Of a stretch of 20,000 nt of DNA, positions 9,886 through 19,337 are shown one piece after another. Location: NCBI GenBank assembly GCA_012862495.1, contig BLSG01000102.1, positions 56,216 to 76,215 of the forward strand. The letters run 5' to 3'. Source of the DNA: Thraustochytrium aureum. Lineage: Eukaryota. The position numbers and the translations under genes were made by a program. The notes beneath the pieces were generated by a model that saw only the letters and a program-made list of their open reading frames with translations, searched no databases and was not told where the DNA came from. Numbering within the stretch: position 1 is the stretch's first letter; every line of letters begins with the position of its first letter.

Positions 9886-10850
9886 ATGGCGTCGAGGCTT
9901 GGGCTCGGCGCTCGCGCGCGGCTTCGCGGCTTCGCGTGCGGCTCGAGTGGTCGCGGGGCCGCGGTGGGCGCCCGCGCAGGCGGCGAAGGAGGCGTGGATT
10001 GGCGGCCGCGGGGGTGCCGCGGTGAGGAGGCTCTCGGATGGGCCCGGCGGGGACCAGAGCCCGCAGGTCGTCGAGATGAACCACCGCGTCGTCTGCTCGC
10101 TCAAGATTACTGATCCGACGTCGGGCAAGGTGCTGGTGAATACAGAGGACGAGGGCGGATCGCCGGTGACTTTTATGGTTGGCCAGGGCCAAGTGATCCC
10201 CGGGCTCGAGAACCGCATGGAAGGCATGCGCAAGGGCGAGTCGTGGACCGCGATTTTGGAGCCCAAGGAAGCGTTCGGGTTTCGCCTTGAAGAAAGGGTG
10301 ATCAAGATCCCGCTGCGACTTCACCCCGAGTCTGGAGACGTCGTCGAGAAGGTCCCCGAGGCGGGCCAGATCGTGCAGCTCACGGACGGCTCGTTCGGCA
10401 GGGTGGTCGGCGTCGCAGACAACAAGGTGGAAATCGACACCAATCACGAGTTTGCTGACCGCTCCATCGAGGTTGCTGTGACCCTGCTCGACATCGAGGC
10501 CGACAGCACAGCGTTCTCTGGGGTCCAGGTCAAGACGCTGTCGCCCGGCGATGGCATCACCGTTCCGAAGAACGGCGACCAGGTTGCGGTGCACTACGTT
10601 GGCATGCTGGCGAGCGACGGCAAGGTCTTTGACAAGTCCTCGCCGGGACGGCCGATCGAGTTCAAGCTCGGCGCAGGCCGCGTTATCCGGGGCTGGGACG
10701 AGGGCATCGCCCGGCTCACGCTCGGCGAGCGCGCGCGCCTGTTCATCGCGTCCGACTTTGCCTACGGGGCAGAGGGGGCCGGCAATGGCCTGATTCCGCC
10801 GAACGCCAACCTCGTCTTTGAAGTGGAACTTGTCAAGGTGAACGGCATCG
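9886..10850 (+). CDS. Tandem FKBP-type peptidyl-prolyl isomerase: SlyD/FkpB-like domain with insert-in-flap plus a canonical FKBP12-like domain; start uncertain, 3' end in gap
   Basis: Domain 1: PVTFMVGQGQVIPGLE..GMRKGE..EPKEAFG..PEAGQIVQL..GRVVGV..VEIDTNHEFAD. Domain 2: GVQVKTLSPGDG..PKNGDQVAVHYVGML..FDKS..VIRGWDEG..AYG..IPPNANLVFEVEL. Arg/Ala-rich leader. ATG 9886 is out of frame; first in-frame ATG is 10076. Confidence 0.9.
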
Positions 10851-11150
10851 NNNNNNNNNNNNNNNNNNNNNNNNNNNNNNNNNNNNNNNNNNNNNNNNNN
10901 NNNNNNNNNNNNNNNNNNNNNNNNNNNNNNNNNNNNNNNNNNNNNNNNNNNNNNNNNNNNNNNNNNNNNNNNNNNNNNNNNNNNNNNNNNNNNNNNNNNN
11001 NNNNNNNNNNNNNNNNNNNNNNNNNNNNNNNNNNNNNNNNNNNNNNNNNNNNNNNNNNNNNNNNNNNNNNNNNNNNNNNNNNNNNNNNNNNNNNNNNNNN
11101 NNNNNNNNNNNNNNNNNNNNNNNNNNNNNNNNNNNNNNNNNNNNNAGTAG

Positions 11151-11888
11151 CTAGATCTGCTCCAGCGGTCCGTCCTCTGAGCGGAAGCTGAACGACTTGG
11201 AGGCTGGCCGCGTTGCGCGGCCGACGACCGGGTCTGGCACGAGGGCGCGCAGAGGCGGCAGCGGGTTGGCTCGCGTGTGTTTTGCGAAAGCGACGCAAGA
11301 AACCGCTGCCCACCCAACAACTCCAGAAAGGAGCGAGACCAAATACCAGTCAGCGGTGAAGGAAGGAGTGAGCCAGCGCTCGCTTGCGTGCACCCGCGAC
11401 TCGACCTTTGCGACGAGGAAGGCTGTCACTGCCGTCAACGTCAGGCCGGCGACCGAGTTGATCCACGCTAAGCCGAGCACGATTGCCGCGATGTGCGGCT
11501 CCTTCGGTCGGCACATGCATGACGACGCACTCAGCGCGCAAACCTCTGGCCCACCACAGTCGAGCCCGCAGAGGTTCTCGCAACACTCGTTCTGCGCAAC
11601 GAGAAAACCGTGCTGCGTTTCAGCCGCGGCCGACCGGTGGCAGCTCAGCTTTGTGTTCTGCTCGTCCAGGCCGCGGTCGTCGTGGTCGTCGATGCCGCCG
11701 AGCCGGCGGGTACGCGGCGCATGCCCGCCAACCGCGTAGGCCTGCCACTCTGCAAGTGTGACAAGCGCGTTTTCGGCTGCCCCGCGCAGCTCCAGCCCGC
11801 TGTTCTGCGCGGCAGTTGCCTCGGAGAGCTGCGCCACGGCCGCAAGCACGAGCCCAACGCACGCGCGTCGCCGCGACAGCGCCTTCAT
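11151..11888 (-). CDS. Uncharacterised membrane protein A (signal peptide, 8-Cys ectodomain, two TM helices); paralog of 12524-13255
   Basis: 245-aa ATG ORF with a hydrophobic N-terminus, Cys pattern C-x18-CC-x3-C-x3-C-x5-C-x6-C-x-C, and hydrophobic segments HIAAIVLGLAWINSVAGLTLTAVTAFLV and WYLVSLLSGVVGWAAV. Confidence 0.8.
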   Translation of the reverse strand: MKALSRRRACVGLVLAAVAQLSEATAAQNSGLELRGAAENALVTLAEWQAYAVGGHAPRTRRLGGIDDHDDRGLDEQNTKLSCHRSAAAETQHGFLVAQNECCENLCGLDCGGPEVCALSASSCMCRPKEPHIAAIVLGLAWINSVAGLTLTAVTAFLVAKVESRVHASERWLTPSFTADWYLVSLLSGVVGWAAVSCVAFAKHTRANPLPPLRALVPDPVVGRATRPASKSFSFRSEDGPLEQI

Positions 11889-12523
11889 CGCCGCCGCGAG
11901 CAGCCAAGCTTTTCCCGTTCAATGCGCCCAAGGCGCAGCAGCCCAAACTCGCAGTTGCCTTGGCCCACGCGCCGAGAAGCCACCGCAGCCGCCCGCGATA
12001 CAGCCCACCAGGAAAGGAGGCACTGGCGAAGGACGGGCGCGACTTTGAGATTTTCTCGCGCGCAACCCCGGCAGCCGCTACGTAGAGTACTCGCGTCTGG
12101 TGCGCCACGGCCGCAACGCCGCGAACGGCCCCGATGCCGCCGCAGCACAATAGTGCTCGAGCGCGAAAGTGTGAGTGAAAGTGTCCGCGCCCCTTCTGGA
12201 ATATAGCGGGCGCGGCGCGTTCATAACGCGCAAGGTAGAAGCGCCCGCAATTCGTTTGGCCGCGGAGGGCGCCGCATTTGCACGAATCGCGGCCGTGCAG
12301 AATGGACGTTTGGCGCGGGCGCGCCGCTGCCGCGATTGCAGTTCGAGCAGGCCCGGGCGATGCTCTGGACGCAAGCGTAGGCCTTCGAGCGACGAACGAG
12401 GATTTGAGGCACGAGCGAGGACCGTCGAACGGCGCAAGGCCGGGCCTGGCGCTGCTGGAAGGGCTGCCATAAAACAGCCAAGCGGGTGTTAAGCGCGGTC
12501 GGCCCGTCGGCGCTGGGCTTGGA

Positions 12524-13255
12524 ATGGGCAAGCGGATTAGAGTGAACGTGTGGACGGCGCTGGCCCTTGGCGCGGCTGTGGGGCTGTCAGAGTCGGCAGC
12601 CATCCGCGGTGCGCTGCCGTATGGAAGCGCGTCTGTGGAGCACGGCCGACGGCTGGCCAGCTCCGGACCAGTAGATGCGCACGGCGAGGAAGATATGTCC
12701 CCGGGCTGCTTCGAAAAGTATGCGCAAGCGAGTACGCCGGGCCGCTTTGTGACGGCAGAGCGTGGCTGCTGTTCTCAAGTGTGCGGAAAAGAGTGCAACT
12801 CCGACGAGATGTGCTTTCTTACATCGACGACATGCGTCTGCAGCGCAGAAGAGCCGTCCTTGGGGCCGTGGTCGCTCGAGGAGCGAGCACTATATCAGCA
12901 GCAGGTGCTCTTTCTCGCACTCGGGCTCACGATCAATGCGGCACTCGGCATCGTCTTGACCTTTCTCTCGATCAAGTTTTTTGACAAGCGGCAGCGCGAG
13001 TTGGCCATCGCGGGACCCCCCTTGACGGCCCACTCCAGTAACGCCTGGCTTGCGAGCGCCACGGTCCTCGGGGTGCTAGGTTGGCTCGTCGGCTTCGTGG
13101 TTCTCCGACGGCGCGTTCACCGCGGTGGTGCGGCGGACCACGAGCTTGACGCCCCGTGCAAGCGCCGCAACGTGCTGCCAAAGTTCGACCCACTGCAAGA
13201 GCCACCGACGCCCGGTTCGCCGGAGCCCCCGTCGACCGCGACGACAGTCTTCTAA
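12524..13255 (+). CDS. Uncharacterised membrane protein B (signal peptide, 8-Cys ectodomain, two TM helices, Pro-rich tail); paralog of 11151-11888
   Basis: 243-aa ATG ORF with Cys pattern C-x19-CC-x3-C-x3-C-x5-C-x6-C-x-C and hydrophobic segments VLFLALGLTINAALGIVLTFLSI and WLASATVLGVLGWLVGFVVL. Confidence 0.85.
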   Translation: MGKRIRVNVWTALALGAAVGLSESAAIRGALPYGSASVEHGRRLASSGPVDAHGEEDMSPGCFEKYAQASTPGRFVTAERGCCSQVCGKECNSDEMCFLTSTTCVCSAEEPSLGPWSLEERALYQQQVLFLALGLTINAALGIVLTFLSIKFFDKRQRELAIAGPPLTAHSSNAWLASATVLGVLGWLVGFVVLRRRVHRGGAADHELDAPCKRRNVLPKFDPLQEPPTPGSPEPPSTATTVF

Positions 13256-13396
13256 CCACGAAAACAAATCCAACCTGATTTTCGCGCCCCGTCCCGACCA
13301 ACAGCGTCGCTATCCACCGCGGCCGACATCGGCAGGCCGGCGCGCGTCCCTGCCACGCAAGCAGGCGTCGCTCGTGCCGCGCAACATCTCGCCCCA

Positions 13397-13431
13397 CCAT
13401 CATCCATCATCCATCCATCCATCCATCCATC
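13397..13431. repeat. (CCAT)n microsatellite
   Basis: ccatcatccatcatccatccatccatccatccatc. Confidence 0.85.
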
Positions 13432-14161
13432 TCCACACCCGCACATCCAGCACGGCACGTACGTATCAGACCAGCGCCATCCGCCGGGCGCAACAAGCAG
13501 CCTTGCCAGCCTGCGCGCGCCCGACGGGGGGCAGTCCCATCGCNNNNNNNNNNNNNNNNNNNNNNNNNNNNNNNNNNNNNNNNNNNNNNNNNNNNNNNNN
13601 NNNNNNNNNNNNNNNNNNNNNNNNNNNNNNNNNNNNNNNNNNNNNNNNNNNNNNNNNNNNNNNNNNNNNNNNNNNNNNNNNNNNNNNNNNNNNNNNNNNN
13701 NNNNNNNNNNNNNNNNNNNNNNNNNNNNNNNNNNNNNNNNNNNNNNNNNNNNNNNNNNNNNNNNNNNNNNNNNNNNNNNNNNNNNNNNNNNNNNNNNNNN
13801 NNNNNNNNNNNNNNNNNNNNNNNNNNNNNNNNNNNNNNNNNNNNNNNNNNNNNNNNNNNNNNNNNNNNNNNNNNNNNNNNNNNNNNNNNNNNNNNNNNNN
13901 NNNNNNNNNNNNNNNNNNNNNNNNNNNNNNNNNNNNNNNNNNNNNNNNNNNNNNNNNNNNNNNNNNNNNNNNNNNNNNNNNNNNNNNNNNNNNNNNNNNN
14001 NNNNNNNNNNNNNNNNNNNNNNNNNNNNNNNNNNNNNNNNNNNNNNNNNNNNNNNNNNNNNNNNNNNNNNNNNNNNNNNNNNNNNNNNNNNNNNNNNNNN
14101 NNNNNNNNNNNNNNNNNNNNNNNNNNNNNNNNNNNNNNNNNNNNNNNNNNNNNNNNNNNTG

Positions 14162-15078
14162 GTCGGCGAAGGCACGTTCGGAAGCGTCTGGAAGGCCAGG
14201 CACCGGCGCTCGGGCGACCTGGTGGCGATCAAAGTCATCCCCGTCGAGGAGGACGCCGCCGAGCTCGAGGAAGAGATCGACATCCTGAAGCGGTGCGAAA
14301 GCGCGATGGTCGTAGAGTATCTCGGCACCTACGAGAAAGAAGACACCGTGTGGATCGTCATGGAGTACTGCGAGGCCGGCTCGGTGGCCGACATGATGAA
14401 CTACTGCAAGATCACGCTGGACGAGGAGGCGATCAAACACGTTGCCGCCTCCGTGCTGCTCGGCCTCGAGTACCTGCACTCCGAAAACCTGATCCACCGT
14501 GACATCAAGGCGGGCAACATTCTCCTGTCAAAGTCTGGACAGACCAAGCTGGCTGATTTCGGCGTCGCAGCTCGCCTGACAACGATGCGGTCCAAGCGCG
14601 AGACGATGACCGGGGCCCCGTTCTGGATGGCCCCGGAGGTGATGCAAGAGACCAGGTACGGGAGCAAGGCCGACATTTGGAGCCTCGGCATCACGATTTT
14701 AGAGATGGCGCAAGGCAAGCCCCCGCACCACCACATCCACCCGCTGCGCGTCGTTTTTGTTATTCCCGCCAAGCCGCCGCCGACGCTTGACAACCCCGAC
14801 GAGTGGTCGCCGGACATGAGCGACTTTCTCTCGCTCTGCCTTGTCAAGGACCCCGAGCAACGCAAGTCGGCGAGTGAGCTCATGTCCCACCCCTTTGTGG
14901 CGGACTCGCTCAGCCTCTTGGCGAGCAAAGACCTCAAGTCGCCGCTTCTCGCCGCGCTCGTCGACAAGCACCTGCCCATGATCGAGGCGGCGCGCATGGA
15001 CCAGCGGAGCGGATTCAGCGAGGGCTCGACCATTCCGTCGAGCATGCACAGCACGCTGAAGACCTCGATCTCGACAAC
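14162..15078 (+). CDS. Ste20-family (MST/Hippo-like GCK) Ser/Thr kinase, catalytic exon; 5' end in gap, downstream exons unresolved
   Basis: VGEGTFGSVWKA, VAIK, EEIDIL, WIVMEYC.AGSVAD, HRDIKAGNILL, KLADFGV, KRETMTGAPFWMAPEV, ADIWSLGIT.LEMA.GKPP, HP.RV.F.IP.KPPPTL. Splice donor GTGAGT at 15079. Confidence 0.95.
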
Positions 15079-15693
15079 GTGAGTGCTTGTGATTGAGGGG
15101 GCCGTGGCGACCGAGCGTGGCTCGCGCTTCTTGCCGGCCGAACCACGCGTGTAGCACCACCATCCATCCACTCAGCCGCGAAATAACCTACCTTTGTATG
15201 TGTACTTACGTCGCATCGCACTCCACTTGCCACTGTTGCCAGAGCCGGGGCGCATTACAAGCACCACGCCCGTGCGCACGCGGGGCGGGAGGCGGGAGGC
15301 GGGCCGAGGCGTTTCGTGCCAGGACGTCGCCCTGCAGCAGCAACACCTTGAAGACACCAAACTACAAGACACCAGGTCCGTCGCGCACGTTCGCACGACG
15401 GTGCGTGCAACCGGGCTGTGGGGGCCGTCCAGCGTGGGCCGCGGCTTTGCAAGCCCTCTCGGCTCGCATCATCGGGGGCCATTTCGAGCTGCCGAGTGCT
15501 CGGTATGGGCGAAGGGCGCTCGCCAAGGTGACCGTTGAGGCTCCACCAGGCAGGCGCCCAGCAGAGCCGCAAAGGCGTGGCGCGCGTCGCGGCTGAGCAG
15601 AGCGCTCTACCCTTGGACGAGGCGTCGCGGAATCTTGCCTCGGAGGCGCTTGCCGGAACCGCCAAGGACGGCCGGCCCGAAGAGTTGGACGAG

Positions 15694-17603
15694 ATGGGCG
15701 GGGCGGCCTCAGCGCACGCCGAGCTCGAGCAGATGGTGGCCTGCACGTTTCTGCTCGGGCAGGCGCTGAGCCGCGCGTTTCCTGACATCTATTCGCTCAA
15801 CGACTTTCACGCGAACAAGGGTAAGTGCGAGGGTTGTGGGCCGAAGGGCGTGCGCGAGTAGTTTGTTTGTCTTGCCGCTGACTTCGACGGGCGCGCCGAG
15901 CGCGGCTGGTCTCGAGTAGAAAAGCTCCACCGCCAAATTCAGCGCGAGCACCAGAAGAACCTAGCAAAGATGCAGCGGAGCGTGCCGATGGTCTTTCTCG
16001 GGCCGGACGGGACGGTGACGCCGATCCAGTTTGTGGACGAAAACGGCAACCCCATCGGCGAGGACGCCTCAACGGCCGGCAAGCTGCTCCAGGACGGCGA
16101 AGACGGCAGCAACGCTGGAGAGGAAGCGGAGGAGCAAGAGGGCTCGGAGGACGACGACGATGTCCCGCTTGACCAGTGCCTCGTGGTCCTGTACCAGGGG
16201 CGGCAAGTTCCGCTCCGGCTTGACAGCCTCGACGAGGCCAATCAGGACGGATGGAACGTGCTCCACGCGAGCTGCCACCAGCAAGCCGCCGCAGAGGCTG
16301 CCGCTAAGATCATCAGCGAGTTCCAGGCGCGCGGACTCAGCTTGGAGGCCAAGACCAAGCGCGGGCCCGGCACCTACGCAGCAGAGTGGACCGCGCTGCA
16401 CATGGCCTGCGCGTACGGGATCAAAGCCACGGCAGAGCGGCTGATCCAAGCCGGGGCCGACGTGAACGCGACAAACTCGACGGGGTGGATGCCGCTCCAC
16501 GAGGCAGTGCATCGCGGCTACGTGGAGATTGCTCAGCTGCTGCTCGAGTCCGGGGCGAATGCGAACGAGTTGATCCCCTCAAGCATGATTGCGCCGTACC
16601 ACCCGCAATACCCGCTGGCGCACGCGTGCAGACAGGGCCACACTGCCATTGTACGGGCTCTGCTGAAGGGCGGCGCCAGCATTGACGCACAAAACGAAGG
16701 CGGGTGGTCCGCGCTGCACGAAAGTGTATTCTTCCGCCACGAGGAGTGCGTCAAGACCCTCATCTCGCACGGGTGCGACCTGGCGCTCCAAACGAGCCAG
16801 GGATTCACCGTGATGGACTTTGAGTCCACGCCGTCGATCCGCGAGGCGCTCGTGGAGGCTGCCCCGCCCGGGCTAAAGCCACGCGAAAAGCCAGAGCAAG
16901 GCGCGGCGGCCGCGTCCACTTGGACGCAGGAGCCCGCCTCCAACAGGGGGCGCGCCGGAGGAGAGCAAGTCTTGCTCGTCCGACGATCCCCGGGGGAGAC
17001 TGGCCGTGCGAGGATGACGGCCAGGAGGCTGCGCGCGAGGGCAGAGAGGAGAAGTCTGGTGGGGTCAAGCCAGTGTACCGGCTGTTGGGCGAGCTGCCCG
17101 ACTTTAAGGCCAACTCTTTCATGCAGTCGGTGAGCTCTGCCCCTGTGCAGCGCGGCGAAGGGGACGAGGAGGACTCGGAGGAAGCCAAGGAAGCTCGCCG
17201 CAGGCGGATCGCCAAGCGCCAGGAAATGCGCCGAGCCAAGGCGGGCGGCGGGAACTCGGCCAGCCTCAAGGGCGTGGCTGCGGCAGAGGCCGGCGTGCCA
17301 CCCGAGTACGCGTGCCACCTCACCGGCAAGTTGTTGGTGGACCCGGTAACTACCGTGTACGGTAACCACTTTGAGCGCAACGCGGTCGTGGCTTGGCTGC
17401 GCTCGCAAGGCAACTTGTGCCCCGTGACCGGGCAGCCGCTTGCGGAGAGCGACTGCATCATCGACAAGGACCTGCGCATCGAGATCAGCGATTGGCAGCT
17501 TCGCCAGGCGCTTCAACAGGGAGGAGACGCGCCGGCAAAGGGCCTGGCGCAAAATGGGGACGTTGTTGCCGCAGGCGGCGACGAGGACTTGTACGATTTT
17601 TAG
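15694..17603 (+). CDS. Ankyrin-repeat plus C-terminal U-box protein (putative E3 ubiquitin ligase); intron 15821-15919; frame break(s) at about 16900-17000; start uncertain
   Basis: About five ankyrin repeats (GWNVLH, WTALHMAC..LIQAGADVN, GWMPLHEAV, YPLAHAC..LLKGGASID, GWSALH). U-box: PPEYACHLTGKLLVDPV..GNHFER..WL..CPVTGQPL..LRIEISDW. The 99-nt intron GTAAGT..GCTGAC..TAG keeps the frame. Stop TAG at 17603. Confidence 0.85.
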
Positions 17604-18141
17604 CGCTCTGCGCAGGGCCATCCTTGCACACAGCCGAATGGGTAAGTGAGTACCGGTAAGTACTCTACACAAATGCGAAATAACTGCAGCGCAGTGAAGC
17701 GCAACGCGATGCAGCGCACGGCCCGGGCAACGAGAAGCGACCGCGCGATGCTCCGCGTTGAGACTCTGTACTTAGAGAACTTGAAAGAAAGCAGAGTCCG
17801 GTTTTCTCTCTCTAGAGCTAGAGAGGTTTGGAGCCAAGCACCTGGCAGCGCGAGGCGCGCGTTTCGCGTGGCCCTCGCCAAGACGGGCCCGCTGCACGCA
17901 CTGAGACAGCAGGATCTGTTCAAGAAATTTCAATTGAAAGGGAAAAAGGTTTCATCTTGTTGATCTCTCGAGGTGGTCGCCGGAGAACCGCGCGTGGTCG
18001 GGGCCGAGCCACCGTGGCGCTGCACGGTCCGCTCGAAGAAGAGTCGGGTTGGCTTTTCTCCCACGCCCGTCCTCCCCAGCCCCTGTTGAGACCGAATAGG
18101 ACGACGAGGGCGCTTCGGAAGGCGCATCACGACACATTCGC

Positions 18142-19134
18142 CTAGTTGCCACCTGTGATCAAGACCAGAGCGGACGGGGTCAGCGCGGGCGAGCGGGCCG
18201 GGGCAAGCGCGGACCAGGCAAGTAGCGAAGGCAAGCGGGAACGTACGCGACTTGAGGGTGGCAGAGAGCCAGTCGAGACCCTCGTAGAGCCCGTCACCGG
18301 TGGTGGCGCAGGTGGCTTGGATGTACCAGTTGCGCGCGCGCAGGGAGTGCAGGCCGAGCTTGTCGGTGACTTCGACAGCCGTCATGGCGTTGGGCAAGTC
18401 CTGCTTGTTGGCAAAGACCAGGATCACGGCGTCGCGCAGCTCGTCCTCGTTGATCATCTTGTGCAGCTCCTCGCGGGCCGGCTCGATGCGGTCGCGGTCG
18501 TTACTATCAACNNNNNNNNNNNNNNNNNNNNNNNNNNNNNNNNNNNNNNNNNNNNNNNNNNNNNNNNNNNNNNNNNNNNNNNNNNNNNNNNNNNNNNNNN
18601 NNNNNNNNNNNNNNNNNNNNNNNNNNNNNNNNNNNNNNNNNNNNNNNNNNNNNNNNNNNNNNNNNNNNNNNNNNNNNNNNNNNNNNNNNNNNNNNNNNNN
18701 NNNNNNNNNNNNNNNNNNNNNNNNNNNNNNNNNNNNNNNNNNNNNNNNNNNNNNNNNNNNNNNNNNNNNNNNNNNNNNNNNNNNNNNNNNNNNNNNNNNN
18801 NNNNNNNNNNNNNNNNNNNNNNNNNNNNNNNNNNNNNNNNNNNNNNNNNNNNNNNNNNNNNNNNNNNNNNNNNNNNNNNNNNNNNNNNNNNNNNNNNNNN
18901 NNNNNNNNNNNNNNNNNNNNNNNNNNNNNNNNNNNNNNNNNNNNNNNNNNNNNNNNNNNNNNNNNNNNNNNNNNNNNNNNNNNNNNNNNNNNNNNNNNNN
19001 NNNNNNNNNNNNNNNNNNNNNNNNNNNNNNTACAGGATGGTGGTCTTGCCCGCGGCGTCAAGCCCGACCATCAGGATGCGCATCTCCGTCTTGCCGAAGA
19101 GGCGCTCCATGATCTTGGAGATTTGGAGCCCCAT
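18142..19134 (-). CDS. ARF1: ADP-ribosylation factor (ARF1-type small GTPase); middle in gap; intron 18153-18246 and a tiny last exon
   Basis: [31 protein letters not shown], then the gap, then [59 protein letters not shown] splicing gives the C-terminus ..LKSRGN*. Confidence 0.96.
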
Positions 19135-19337
19135 CCTTCCTCGTAACTGGCTCCCGCACTGCCGCCCGCCGAACTCGCCTCGCGACCGCGCACCCGCCTC
19201 GCCTCGCTCTGCAGCCTCTCTCCCGCTCTATCGCGCGTCCGTCCGTGCACGCTCGCTCGCACTCGTCGTTCGCGGTCTGCCCGCGCCCGGTCTGTCTCCC
19301 AGCGAGGCAGCCGCTGCCGCTGCCCTGGGTGGCCTCT

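Larger units (their letters stand above)
1325..19030. other. Assembly gaps: 1325-1537, 3145-3429, 8820-8981, 10851-11145, 13544-14159, 18512-19030 (plus a single N at 5081)
   Basis: Runs of N. Confidence 1.

Noticed and set aside
2451..10850. Bacterial contig or HGT island (FetAB-, M20- and SlyD-like genes)
   Set aside because: Spliceosomal introns, similar composition across genes, eukaryotic neighbours (ARF, Ste20) and no operon layout argue against it. Ancient individual transfers remain untested.
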